NCBI GenBank assembly: GCA_965200245.1
Contig: CBDATS010000004.1
Coordinates: 960,001-1,024,000, forward strand
Source of the DNA: a bacterium
GTDB lineage: Bacteria; UBA8248
Length of the DNA stretch: 64,000 bases
Direction: 5' to 3'
This document shows positions 27,739 through 37,538 of this stretch, piece by piece. Positions within the stretch are counted from its first letter, which is position 1, and each line of letters starts with the position of its first letter. The notes beneath the pieces were generated by a model that did no database searches, had not been told where the DNA came from, and was given only the letters and a program-made list of their open reading frames with translations. The translations under genes were made by a program, and so were the position numbers.

Positions 27739-28797
27739 TCACACATTAAACCGCACGTGCATGATGTCGCCGTCCTTCACGACATAGTCCTTGCCTTCCA
27801 GCCTCAAGGTTCCCCTGTCGCGCGCCGTGGCCAGGGAGCCAGACGCCATGAAATCGGTGCAAGAGACCACTTCCGCGCGTATGAACCCGCGCTCCAGATC
27901 GGAGTGAATCGTCCCCGCTGCATGCAGCGCGATTGTGCCCGCGCGGATCGGCCAAGCCCGCACCTCATCCTCACCCACCGTGAAGAAACATCTGAGATTG
28001 AGCAGGGAGAAGGACGCCCGAATCACCTTGTCGAGGGCGGATGATTCCAAGGAGTAGTCCGCGAGAAATTCCGCGCGTTCAGCAGCCGGTAATTGAGCGA
28101 GTTCTTCTTCCAAACGCGCGGCGAGGACGACGGACTTCTCCCCGCCGAGTCCGGCGAAGGCATCCGCCTCTCCCAACTGCTCCTCACCCACGTTAACCAC
28201 AACGAGCAGCGGCTTGGCGGAGAGAAAGCCGAAACCCTTTACCGAGCGCGTTTCCTCCTCGCCGAGTTCCATTGAGCGGATGGGACGACTGCCCTCCAAC
28301 ACCTCGCGGATTCGGCCCAGGAGCGCGAACTCGGCCGCTTCCGCGGGGTCTTTCTTGAGCCGCACCAAACGTTCCAGACGCTCCATGCGGCGTTCCACGA
28401 CCGCCAGGTCGCGTAGCATCAGGTCGAAGCGCACGTCGCTCAAATCCCGCGCGGGATCGATACTTTCATTGGGATGCGGAACACCCGCGTCTTCAAAGGC
28501 ACGCACCACCACAAGCAGGGCGTCCGCGCCCTCAAGCACCTGCGGAATGGTTTCGGCGCCTTTCGCCGCCCCGCCATCGCCTACGCCGGGTGCGTCCACG
28601 AAGTTGACGCCTGCATAGGTCGTCTTCTTCGGCTGATAGATCCCGCTCAGCTCGTCCACCCGTGCGTCCCTCACCGACGCGGCACCCACGTTCACTCGCA
28701 TGGCCCCGTATCCCCCCGTTGAAGCCGCGCCGCCCGTGAGCGCGTTGAAGATCGTCGTCTTGCCTGCTGCGGCGGGGCCGATGATGCCTATCTTCAC
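27739..28797 (-). CDS. ychF: YchF-family ATPase (OBG-like, C-terminal TGS domain)
   Basis: GKTTIFNALT, FVDAPG, FFTVGEDEVRAW, AGTIHSD..RGFIRAEV, EGKDYVVKDGD. P-loop is non-canonical. GTG start. Confidence 0.85.
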   Translation of the reverse strand: MKIGIIGPAAAGKTTIFNALTGGAASTGGYGAMRVNVGAASVRDARVDELSGIYQPKKTTYAGVNFVDAPGVGDGGAAKGAETIPQVLEGADALLVVVRAFEDAGVPHPNESIDPARDLSDVRFDLMLRDLAVVERRMERLERLVRLKKDPAEAAEFALLGRIREVLEGSRPIRSMELGEEETRSVKGFGFLSAKPLLVVVNVGEEQLGEADAFAGLGGEKSVVLAARLEEELAQLPAAERAEFLADYSLESSALDKVIRASFSLLNLRCFFTVGEDEVRAWPIRAGTIALHAAGTIHSDLERGFIRAEVVSCTDFMASGSLATARDRGTLRLEGKDYVVKDGDIMHVRFNV

Positions 28798-28839
28798 CTG
28801 CGCAATCCTCCAAGAACCAGGAACCTGCAAACGCGCGGG

Positions 28840-28868
28840 AGTGTATGAGAAGGGGGACGGGAGGTCAA
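28840..28868 (-). promoter_or_regulatory. Sigma70-type promoter of ychF
   Basis: TTGACC-N17-TACACT on the minus strand. Confidence 0.55.
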
Positions 28869-29121
28869 AAGGGTCAGCCTCGGCTGAAGAGGGAGGGGCT
28901 GCCGACCGACGAGGAACTGCTGGAAAAGCCCACAAGCCGTGATTTCGGGGAATTACATACCTAAATCTGCAAGTCTTAATCCCTTCATTTTGCGCACCTT
29001 GCCCCAACCACCCTTTTCTCCCCATCAGGCTTTCGGTTGATTCCAAAAGGCTTCGCCGGATGATAGCATTCCCCCTCATTTCATGAACACGCTGATGAAC
29101 ACTTTCCCGTGAGGATTACAC

Positions 29122-30333
29122 ATGAACGATGAACAAACCGCGCGCATGCCCCTGGAAGGCGTGCGGGTCGTGGACATGTCGAATTATCTGGCAGGGCCGC
29201 TTTGTACCATGTATCTCGCGGACTATGGCGCCGAGGTCGTCAAGATCGAAAAACCCAGGGGTGGCGACCCCATGCGCCTATGGGGCCACAACAAAAACGG
29301 CGTGGGCCTTTACTACAAGATGATCAACCGCAACAAGAAAAGCGCGACACTCGACCTCAGAACCCCTTTCGGCGTCGAGGCGGTGAAGAAGCTCGTAACC
29401 GAAGCCGATGTCGTCGTGGAGAACTACCGCACCGGCGTGCTTGAAAAATGGGGACTCGACTACGAGAACCTCAAAGAAGTGAACCCCGCGGTTATCATGC
29501 TCTCCATCACGGGATTCGGCAGAACAGGGCCATACAAGAACCGCCCCGGCTTTGGTTCCCTGGCCGAGGCCTTCGCGGGATTCAGCCACATCAACGGTTA
29601 CCCGGACGGCCCGCCACTGAGTCCCTCCTGGGGGCTGGGGGATTGCTCCACGGGTATCGGCGCCGCATTTCTTGTGATGGTCGCGCTCCTCGAACGCGAG
29701 CGAAGAGGCGGCGCAGGCCAGCAGATCGATCTCGCAATCTATGAGCAGTTGCTCACCATGCTGGGTCCCCAGGTGATTTATTTCGATCAGCTGGATTTCA
29801 TCCAGGGCAGGAGCGGATCGCGCCTCGAGTTCGCGGTGCCCCGCAACAATTTCGAGACCAAAGACGGCCAGTGGGTGCTCATCGCGGGATCGAACCAGTC
29901 CATCTTCGAGAACATCTGCAGGGGGCTGAACCGCGAGGACTTGATCGAGGACCCGCGGTTCGCCAACAACAGGGAGCGCATGAAGAACGCGGACGCCATC
30001 GAGGACGAACTCCAGAAGACCATCAAGACCCTGACGCTCGCTGAGGTGATGGTGCGGTTGACCGAGTTCGAGGGCGCAGCCACCCCCATCAACAACGTCA
30101 AGATGGTGATGGAGAACGAACAGGTGATCGCGCGCGGAAACATCACCCAGGTAGAGGATGCGGAACTCGGCGGCCCGGTGCGGATGCAGGAGGCTTTCGG
30201 CAAGCTATCGCGCACGCCTGGCAAGGTGCGTCACGCGGGCGAGTCTCTGGGAAACAGCAACCGCGAGGTCCTGGTGGAACGCCTCGGCTACACAGAAGAG
30301 AAACTCAAGAGCGAGGGAATCGATGTTGGTTGA
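29122..30333 (+). CDS. Class III CoA-transferase (CaiB/BaiF family)
   Basis: PLEGVRVVD, AGP, GAEVVKIE, NRNKKS, ENYR.G. Confidence 0.9.
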   Translation: MNDEQTARMPLEGVRVVDMSNYLAGPLCTMYLADYGAEVVKIEKPRGGDPMRLWGHNKNGVGLYYKMINRNKKSATLDLRTPFGVEAVKKLVTEADVVVENYRTGVLEKWGLDYENLKEVNPAVIMLSITGFGRTGPYKNRPGFGSLAEAFAGFSHINGYPDGPPLSPSWGLGDCSTGIGAAFLVMVALLERERRGGAGQQIDLAIYEQLLTMLGPQVIYFDQLDFIQGRSGSRLEFAVPRNNFETKDGQWVLIAGSNQSIFENICRGLNREDLIEDPRFANNRERMKNADAIEDELQKTIKTLTLAEVMVRLTEFEGAATPINNVKMVMENEQVIARGNITQVEDAELGGPVRMQEAFGKLSRTPGKVRHAGESLGNSNREVLVERLGYTEEKLKSEGIDVG

Positions 30334-30353
30334 TGACCAGGAGTCCCACCCGC

Positions 30354-31346
30354 CTAGAACCGGACGGCCAGTTCATCCACCGCCTGCGTAGTGCGGGCGT
30401 CCTCGTTCACCTGAAGCCATTCGGGTGTCGGGAACTTCGTGAAACTCTTGCCCGCCCTGAGCACCGTACCGTGCAGAGGGGCTTCCAGGGCGTTGGCCAG
30501 CTTTTCCGCCAGACGGACGAGGGCGTCCACATCCACCCCCGTTTCCACCTCCATGAGCCAAAGCATGTGAGCCAGATCTTCGGTAGATATGTTGCCCGAG
30601 GCGTTGGGTGCAAAGGGACAGCCCCCGATGCCGCCCAAAGAACCGTCCAGCACGCGCGCACCTGCCTGCATTGAGGCCAGGGCGTTGGCGAGGCCCATGC
30701 CGCGCGTGTTGTGCAGGTGGACGACGAGTCCCTTCTCCGGCCAGCGCTTCTTGAGTTCCCTCACCATGCGGCCCATCCGCGCGGGGTCACCCATACCCAT
30801 CGAATCGCACAGGAAAAACTCATCCACACCGAGGGTGTCGTACTTTCCGGCAATGTCGTAGACCACCTCTTCCGCTACACGTCCTGTATAGGGACACCCC
30901 GTCGAAAGACTGATCGCTCCGCTGAAGGGAATACCCGCGCCCTTCACGATTTTGGAAATTTTGGCCATTTCTTCCAGGCTTTGCTTCACGGAGCGGTTCA
31001 CGTTCGCGCGGTTGTGTACGTCCGTGACGGAAATGACCTGCTGTACGCCGTCGCAGCCCGCATCCACCGCCCGGTGCGCCCCGCGTTCGTTGGCGACCAA
31101 ACACTCGTAGGTGACGCCCGGTTTTCGCTTGATGCGACGCATCACCTCGTCCGCGTCTGCCGTGGCGGGCACGGCTTTCGGGTTCATGAAGCTCGCAGCC
31201 TCTATGCGACTTATGCCCGCGTCTGCCAAGCCCTCGATGATCTCGACTTTCAGTTCCGTGGGCAGTACCTGTTTCAGATTCTGGATGCCGTCACGCATGA
31301 CAACGTCGCGTACGAGAACACTCGAAGGAAATTCAGGGTTCGACAT
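30354..31346 (-). CDS. Hydroxymethylglutaryl-CoA lyase family
   Basis: RDGIQN, HLHNTRG, GGCPFAPNASGNISTED. Confidence 0.9.
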   Translation of the reverse strand: MSNPEFPSSVLVRDVVMRDGIQNLKQVLPTELKVEIIEGLADAGISRIEAASFMNPKAVPATADADEVMRRIKRKPGVTYECLVANERGAHRAVDAGCDGVQQVISVTDVHNRANVNRSVKQSLEEMAKISKIVKGAGIPFSGAISLSTGCPYTGRVAEEVVYDIAGKYDTLGVDEFFLCDSMGMGDPARMGRMVRELKKRWPEKGLVVHLHNTRGMGLANALASMQAGARVLDGSLGGIGGCPFAPNASGNISTEDLAHMLWLMEVETGVDVDALVRLAEKLANALEAPLHGTVLRAGKSFTKFPTPEWLQVNEDARTTQAVDELAVRF

Positions 31347-31371
31347 GGAGAGTATCCTCCCGCCAGAGGCG

Positions 31372-32301
31372 CTAGTCGGCCAGACGCTTCATTCTCGGAT
31401 CGAGTACGTCGCGGAGCCAGTCGCCCAGAAGGTTCACGCTCAAGACTGTGATCATCAGGATGAGGCCCGGGAAGAGAGCTATCCACCAAGCCGTATCGAG
31501 GAAACTCCTGCCGTCGGCGAGCATTCCGCCCCACGTCGGCGTGGGAGGCGGCACACCAAGCCCGAGGAAGGAGAGTGCGGATTCGATAATGATCATCCGG
31601 CCCAGGTACAAGGTGGCTATCACGATGGTCGTGGAAGCCACGTTCGGGAAAAGATAGAGAAAAAGTATCCGCAACGTGCCGCAGCCTGTCGCCCTGGCAC
31701 CGGTGACGAACTCGTGCTCCTTGATGGAGAGAACCTCCGCACGCACCACTCGCGCATAGACGAGCCAGGTCCTGAGCGCGATGACCAGGACGATGTTCTG
31801 AAGGCTCGGCCCCAGTATCGCCACCAGGCTGATGGCCAGCAGGATGAAGGGAACGGCCAGGGCCGTATCAATGATGCGGCTGATGACGGTGTCGATCCAG
31901 CCGCCGAAATAGCCTGCAATGATGCCAACCGTGATGCCGATGAGTCCGCTCACGATGACAGCGGCGATACCGACGATAAGCGAGATGCGCGATCCCCAGA
32001 TGATGCGGCTCAGAATGTCGCGGCCCTGCTGGTCGGTGCCAAGCCAGTAGGTGTCGCCTGCCTTGTCGACGTAGCCGGGGGGTTTGAGGTAGCGCCCCAA
32101 ATCCTGGGAGAGCGGGTCAAGCGGAGAAAATATCTCGGGCACGATGGCGAAGATGACGACAAGGGAGACGAACAGCGCCCCGAAGATGGCAGGCGGCCTG
32201 CGCCTCAACTCCATCATCGCGAGATGAAAGTCGCTCGGTCCGCGTTCGATATCCTCATCAATTTCGATGTCGAGCGTTGCCGCCCTGTCGTCGATCACCA
32301 T
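31372..32301 (-). CDS. Peptide/nickel ABC transporter permease (DppC-like)
   Basis: LGTDQQGRD, EFVTGARATG, ESALSFLGLG, WGGML. Confidence 0.92.
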   Translation of the reverse strand: MVIDDRAATLDIEIDEDIERGPSDFHLAMMELRRRPPAIFGALFVSLVVIFAIVPEIFSPLDPLSQDLGRYLKPPGYVDKAGDTYWLGTDQQGRDILSRIIWGSRISLIVGIAAVIVSGLIGITVGIIAGYFGGWIDTVISRIIDTALAVPFILLAISLVAILGPSLQNIVLVIALRTWLVYARVVRAEVLSIKEHEFVTGARATGCGTLRILFLYLFPNVASTTIVIATLYLGRMIIIESALSFLGLGVPPPTPTWGGMLADGRSFLDTAWWIALFPGLILMITVLSVNLLGDWLRDVLDPRMKRLAD

Positions 32302-32316
32302 CGGCGTCCTTACCCC

Positions 32317-33336
32317 TTAGCTATAGGAGATCCTCGGGTCGAGCCATGCGTAGAGAATGTCAACCACGAGATTCACAAAAACAAACACGAACGCCAACAG
32401 GGCCACCGCCGCCTGGACGATGGGATAATCCTGGTTGTTGATAGCGTCCACGACCAGAAAACCTACGCCCGGCCACGCGAAAACGGCCTCGGTTACCACC
32501 GTGCCTCCCAGCAGAATGCCGAGTTCGAAGCCCACCAGGGTCACTACGGGGATGGATGCGTTCTTGAGAGCGTGGCGGACCACTACAATCCATTCCACGA
32601 TTCCCTTGGAGCGCGCCGTGCGCACGTAGTCCATCCCCAGGACGTCGAGCATCTGGGAACGCACGAGACGGGTGATGCGCGCGGTGGCGTAAAGACCCGC
32701 CGTGATGGCCGGCAGGATTATGTAATACCAGGCGTCGTAACCAGAAGTGGGTAGCCAGCCCAGATACACGGCGAATACGATAATGAGCAACAGGCCAAGC
32801 CAGAAGTTCGGCATCGACTGGCCGAACATCGCCCCGACCGAGCTCGTGTAGTCTATCCATGTGTTGCGGAAAGTAGCCGATAAAACACCGGCGGGTATGG
32901 AGATCACCACAGCTATCAGGACTGCCACAAGGGCGAGGAGAACCGTGTTCGGAAAATGCTCGAGAACGAGGCCCATCGCAGGAATCTCGTGGCGGTAGGA
33001 AAAGCCGAAATCGCCTCGAATCACGCCCTTGGTCCGGACAATCTTGGGTGCGTCGGGGTCACGTTCGAGGTCGTTTGCCGCACTATTATCTATTTCGGCA
33101 CCGAGCAGACTGTCCACGAGATCCGAACCCAGCATGAACTTGGCGAACTGTATCGGAATGGGCTGATCAAAGCCCATCTCCCTGCTGAAGGCCTGGATGT
33201 CCTCTTCCGTGGAATCAAGCGGCATCAGGACGGCCGCGGGGTTCCCCGTAATCTGGAGCATCGAGAAAACGATTACCAGTATTGCCGCGAACACGATGAA
33301 GCTTTGCAGGCAGCGCCTGATGATATAGGTACGCAT
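32317..33336 (-). CDS. Peptide/nickel ABC transporter permease (DppB-like)
   Basis: GDFGFS, DYVRTARSKG, HALKNA, EAVFAWPG, DPRI. Confidence 0.92.
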   Translation of the reverse strand: MRTYIIRRCLQSFIVFAAILVIVFSMLQITGNPAAVLMPLDSTEEDIQAFSREMGFDQPIPIQFAKFMLGSDLVDSLLGAEIDNSAANDLERDPDAPKIVRTKGVIRGDFGFSYRHEIPAMGLVLEHFPNTVLLALVAVLIAVVISIPAGVLSATFRNTWIDYTSSVGAMFGQSMPNFWLGLLLIIVFAVYLGWLPTSGYDAWYYIILPAITAGLYATARITRLVRSQMLDVLGMDYVRTARSKGIVEWIVVVRHALKNASIPVVTLVGFELGILLGGTVVTEAVFAWPGVGFLVVDAINNQDYPIVQAAVALLAFVFVFVNLVVDILYAWLDPRISYS

Positions 33337-33590
33337 ATCGAAACCCTTGCCAAGATGCGATTGACAGTAAGTACGCAACATATGTGCAAAAGCCATTTAT
33401 CCCCTTCTTTCGGCGTCTCGTCAAGAACCATGTCGCTTGCGCGCGACCTGAACCTTGCAAATCTTCATGCCCAGGCCGGTCCTTTGGTTCATGGACAACG
33501 TACGCTTCGTTTTGTAGGATGCGGAAATTGCGAAGCGTGTTCCCTCACCAAGGGATGATTCTCTGCCTTCATCACCGAAAGGAAACGCAC

Positions 33591-34574
33591 ATGAAACTCG
33601 CCACGTACAGGAACCTCTCGCCGGGTGCGACCGGTGATCGTCTCGGGGCCGTCCTGAAAGACGGCAGGATGCTCGACCTGCGCCTCGCCTATGCGAGCCA
33701 TCTCGCAGAAAAAGAGCGTGAAGGACGCCCCTACGCCATGGCGAGCGCGCGGATTCCCCGTGACATGCGCGATTTTCTATGCGGCGGCGAACCGGCCCTG
33801 GCGGCGGCGGGCGCAGCGCTCGGCCATGCGGAGGCCATCATTGCATCGGGTGGAGAACCTGCGGGGCCGGATGGCGAACTCGCTGTTCTCAAAGACCGCC
33901 ACGTGCGCCTGAGGGCGCCGATCCCCCATCCGGGCAAGTTCTTCCACACCGGTCTCAATTCGAACAAGCACGTCGCGAACACGGGCCACAAGGTTCCCGA
34001 AAACGTGCCGGGTGCGCCGCGTTTCGACACATCGCTCGTCGGCCACGAGGAGCCCGTGCTGTATCCCAAACAGACCAAAATGCTGGATTACGAGGTGGAA
34101 GTCGGTTTCGTCATCGGCAAATACTGCAAGGACGTGAAACCGGAGGACGCCTTTGACGTCATCATGGGTTACACGGTCTACAACGATATCACGGCGCGCG
34201 AGGTGCAGCGTTCCGCCGCTTTGGGCGGCGTGTTCCTCGGCAAGAACTTCGACACCACCAACCCCATCGGCCCCTACATCGTCACCGCGGACGAGGTGCC
34301 AAACCCCGAATCGCTGCATGTGCAATGCCGGGTAAACGGCGAGACGCGCCAGGATGAATTGCTGACAGACATGATCTTCAAGATACCGGAACTCATCGCC
34401 TTCTACAGCCAGATGTCGCTGGAGCCGGGAGACATTGTCTCATCAGGCACCTTCTGTGGCGTGGCTCTGGAACAGGAAGACCCTGAACCTTATCTCCTCA
34501 AGCCAGGAGATGTTGTGGAATGCGAGGTCGAGCACATAGGGGTATTGAGAAACCCCATCGTCGCCCAGGACTAG
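33591..34574 (+). CDS. Fumarylacetoacetate hydrolase family protein
   Basis: DYEVE, YNDITAR, GKNFD, PGDIVSSGT, GVLRN. Confidence 0.9.
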   Translation: MKLATYRNLSPGATGDRLGAVLKDGRMLDLRLAYASHLAEKEREGRPYAMASARIPRDMRDFLCGGEPALAAAGAALGHAEAIIASGGEPAGPDGELAVLKDRHVRLRAPIPHPGKFFHTGLNSNKHVANTGHKVPENVPGAPRFDTSLVGHEEPVLYPKQTKMLDYEVEVGFVIGKYCKDVKPEDAFDVIMGYTVYNDITAREVQRSAALGGVFLGKNFDTTNPIGPYIVTADEVPNPESLHVQCRVNGETRQDELLTDMIFKIPELIAFYSQMSLEPGDIVSSGTFCGVALEQEDPEPYLLKPGDVVECEVEHIGVLRNPIVAQD

Positions 34575-34577
34575 ATA

Positions 34578-35561
34578 TCAGGCGGAAACGCCAAGAGTCT
34601 TGTAGACCGCGGCGATGACTTTCTCCGTGCTCGGCAGCACGAACTTCTCGAGTTTCGTCTGAACGGGAATCGGCGTCATAAGGGCGGCCACACGGCGGAC
34701 AGGCGCGTCCAGATACTCGAATGCCTCCTCCTGTATCGCAGCAGAAACCTCGGCACCCACGCCGCTCCTCAGGTGACCCTCCTCCACTATTACGCACCGG
34801 CCCGTCTTGCGCACGGAAGCTGCGATGGTCTCCACGTCCAGAGGCGAGAGCGAACGCGGGTCGATGACCTCGCATTCGACTCCCTCTCCTGCCAGAGCCT
34901 CCGCCGCAGCGAGACAGTGACCCACCTGGTAGCCGATTCCCACGATGGTGGCATCCGTGCCTGTACGCTTCACGTCGGCTACTCCGATTGGGGTGGTGTG
35001 ATCGCCTTCAGGCACGGATTGTTTCGTCTTCTGCGCGTAAAGGAGCCTGTGCTCGATAAACATGACCGGATTTTCATCCCGGACGGAGGCCTTGAGCAGA
35101 CCCTTGGCGTCAGAAGCACAACTCGGGTAAAGGACTTTCAGGCCCGGTACCTGCATGAACCAGGCTTCGAGCGATTGCCCGTGCGTCGCGCCGTACTGAA
35201 GACCCGCGCCGCTGGGTATTCGAGCCACCATGGGAACGGATATCTGACCTCCCAGCATGTAGCGCAGCTTCGCCGCCTGATTCACGATGGGATCAAGCGC
35301 GTAGGTGGTGAAGTCCATGAAACGCAAATCCACGATGGGCCGAAAACCCGCCATCGCGGCGCCTACACCCGCGCCCGTGAAACCGAGTCCACAGATGGGC
35401 GTGTCGCGCACCCGGTCACGACCGAAACGGTCTGCAAGCCCCGAACACACGCCGAAATAATCGAAGGCCACGTCCTCGCCCATGAGGAAAACCTTCTCGT
35501 CGCGCGCCATCTCCTCATGGAGCGCCTCGTTCAGGGCTTCGACGTAAGTAAGTTCAGGCAT
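34578..35561 (-). CDS. ThDP-dependent dehydrogenase E1 beta subunit (copy 2; catalytic Glu replaced by Gly)
   Basis: GEDV, DTPICG, NQAAK..YM.GG, PGLKV, DAKGLL, SVRKTGR. Confidence 0.9.
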   Translation of the reverse strand: MPELTYVEALNEALHEEMARDEKVFLMGEDVAFDYFGVCSGLADRFGRDRVRDTPICGLGFTGAGVGAAMAGFRPIVDLRFMDFTTYALDPIVNQAAKLRYMLGGQISVPMVARIPSGAGLQYGATHGQSLEAWFMQVPGLKVLYPSCASDAKGLLKASVRDENPVMFIEHRLLYAQKTKQSVPEGDHTTPIGVADVKRTGTDATIVGIGYQVGHCLAAAEALAGEGVECEVIDPRSLSPLDVETIAASVRKTGRCVIVEEGHLRSGVGAEVSAAIQEEAFEYLDAPVRRVAALMTPIPVQTKLEKFVLPSTEKVIAAVYKTLGVSA

Positions 35562-35572
35562 ACCGGATTTCC

Positions 35573-36541
35573 CTAGGCGAAGATGTCCTCAAGCGCCACG
35601 CTCTCCTCGGGCTCCGGGCTGTTCTCCGCAAACTCGATGGCCTTCTGTATCTCCGCTTCCACTGCATTTGCGTGCGCTTTTTTCTCTTTCGCCGTCATCT
35701 TGATCATCTTCTCGCACACGATGAGGGGGTCTTTTCCATTCCAGGTCTCCCATTCCTCTTTCGTACGGTACATGCCGTAGTGCGGATCGCCACGCGAGTG
35801 ACCGAAGAACCGGTAGGTCTTTGCCTCGACGAGGCTGGGTCCCAGGCCGCGCCGGGCGTGGTTCACGGCCTCCCGGCTCGCCTCATGGACCGCCGCCACG
35901 TCCATACCGTCCACCGTCAGGCCGGGAGCGTCGTAGCCTTTCGCCCGAACGCTGATGTCGTCCACCGAGGTGGAATACTCCGCAGGCACGCTGACAGCGT
36001 ACCGGTTGTTCTCGCAAAAAAAGACCACCGGCAGTTTCCAGATGGCGCACAGGTTCATCGCTTCATGAAACGCGCCGTTGTTCGAAGCGCCATCTCCGAA
36101 GAAAACCACCGCTACGCGGTCATTCCCCTCCAGTTGGAACGCAAGTCCGATGCCCGCCGCCATCGGCATGTTCGCGCCCACGATGGAATGCGCGCCGTAG
36201 TGTCCCTTGGATACATCGGCGATGTGCATCGAGCCACCCTTGGATCGGCAAAGGCCTGTTACCTTGCCCATGAGTTCGGCCAGCATTTCGGGCAGGCGCG
36301 TTCCCTTGGCGATGGAGTGGCCGTGTCCCCGGTGGGTGGTAAGCACGGCATCATCCTCGCGCAAGGCCGCGCACATGCCTGCGGAACACGCCTCCTGGCC
36401 GATGCTCACGTGGACCCCGCCCACCACCTTGCCCGCCATGTAGAAATCATCCGCCGTCTCCTCGAAGCGGCGGATCCGGAGCATCGTGCGGTACATATCG
36501 TGCATGCGCTTTCGGGTTAATCGGGCATTCGTCCTAGCCAA
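35573..36541 (-). CDS. ThDP-dependent dehydrogenase E1 alpha subunit (copy 2)
   Basis: HRGHGH, GGSMH, GDGASN..ENN ThDP motif, TYRFFGHS. Confidence 0.9.
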   Translation of the reverse strand: MARTNARLTRKRMHDMYRTMLRIRRFEETADDFYMAGKVVGGVHVSIGQEACSAGMCAALREDDAVLTTHRGHGHSIAKGTRLPEMLAELMGKVTGLCRSKGGSMHIADVSKGHYGAHSIVGANMPMAAGIGLAFQLEGNDRVAVVFFGDGASNNGAFHEAMNLCAIWKLPVVFFCENNRYAVSVPAEYSTSVDDISVRAKGYDAPGLTVDGMDVAAVHEASREAVNHARRGLGPSLVEAKTYRFFGHSRGDPHYGMYRTKEEWETWNGKDPLIVCEKMIKMTAKEKKAHANAVEAEIQKAIEFAENSPEPEESVALEDIFA

Positions 36542-36551
36542 AAGATATCCT

Positions 36552-37538
36552 CTATGAAAGTCTTTCTTTCGCCGCCGCCACGATTTTCTCCGTGCTCGGC
36601 AGGACGATGGCTTCCAGTTTCACGTGAACAGGGACGGGAACGTCGAGGGCCGCAACGCGGGTGATGGCCCCCCTGAGCGATCCGAAGGCCGCCTCCTGAA
36701 TCGAGGCGGCGATCTCGGCTCCCACACCGCCGCTCCTGTGTCCTTCCTCGGCAATGACGCACCGACCCGTTTTTCGGACCGATGCCGCAGGACCCTCCAC
36801 GTCCAGGGGATTGATGGTCCTGGGATCCACCACCTCGGCGTCGACGCCTTCTCCCGCAAGCAACTCAGCAGCTTCGAGGCAATTGCGCGCCTGGCTTCCG
36901 ATTCCGATAAGGGTGATGTCCGTCCCTTCTCTTTTCACCGCCGCCTTTCCGATGGGTTCGGTGTGATCGCCTTCCGGAACGGGGCCCTCCAGAGCGTAGA
37001 GTGCCCGGTATTCCACGAAAAGCACAGGGTTGTCTTCCCTGATGGCGGACTTCAGGAGCCCTTTCGCGTCGGCCGGGTCGCTCGGCACGATGACACGCAG
37101 TCCCGGGACCTGGATAAACCAGGCCTCGAGGCACTGGCTGTGCGTAGGGCCATTTTGCGAACCGCCGCCCTCGGGTGCCCGGATGACCAGGGGCACACTC
37201 ACTTGACCACCGAGCATGTAACGCAGCTTGGCTGCCTGGTTCGCGATGGGATCGATGGCCAGCATCATGAAATCGATGCGCCGCATGTCGAGCACGGGCC
37301 GATAACCCGCCATCGCAGCGCCTACGGCGGCGCCGGTGAAGCCAAGTTCGCTGATGGGTGTGTTGCGAACACGCTCGGGGCCGAACCTGTCACCCAGACC
37401 GGCCGTGGCGGGCGAAATGGAGGAAAGCGCCACGTCCTCCCCCATGAGGAACACCTTCTCATCGCGCGACATTTCCTCGTGAAGCGCCTCGTTGATCGCC
37501 TGCGCGTAGGAAATGGTGCGCATCTTCGTATCAGGCAT
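36552..37538 (-). CDS. ThDP-dependent dehydrogenase E1 beta subunit (copy 1)
   Basis: GEDV, NTPISE, HSQC, DAKGLL. Confidence 0.9.
   Translation of the reverse strand: MPDTKMRTISYAQAINEALHEEMSRDEKVFLMGEDVALSSISPATAGLGDRFGPERVRNTPISELGFTGAAVGAAMAGYRPVLDMRRIDFMMLAIDPIANQAAKLRYMLGGQVSVPLVIRAPEGGGSQNGPTHSQCLEAWFIQVPGLRVIVPSDPADAKGLLKSAIREDNPVLFVEYRALYALEGPVPEGDHTEPIGKAAVKREGTDITLIGIGSQARNCLEAAELLAGEGVDAEVVDPRTINPLDVEGPAASVRKTGRCVIAEEGHRSGGVGAEIAASIQEAAFGSLRGAITRVAALDVPVPVHVKLEAIVLPSTEKIVAAAKERLS

Noticed and set aside
28870-29110. Possible structured RNA between ychF and the CoA-transferase
   Set aside because: Only a short hairpin (TCAGCC-TC-GGCTGA); no recognisable riboswitch or ncRNA motif.
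31111-32754. 547-aa plus-strand ORF
   Set aside because: Antisense to the dpp permeases; no recognisable domain.
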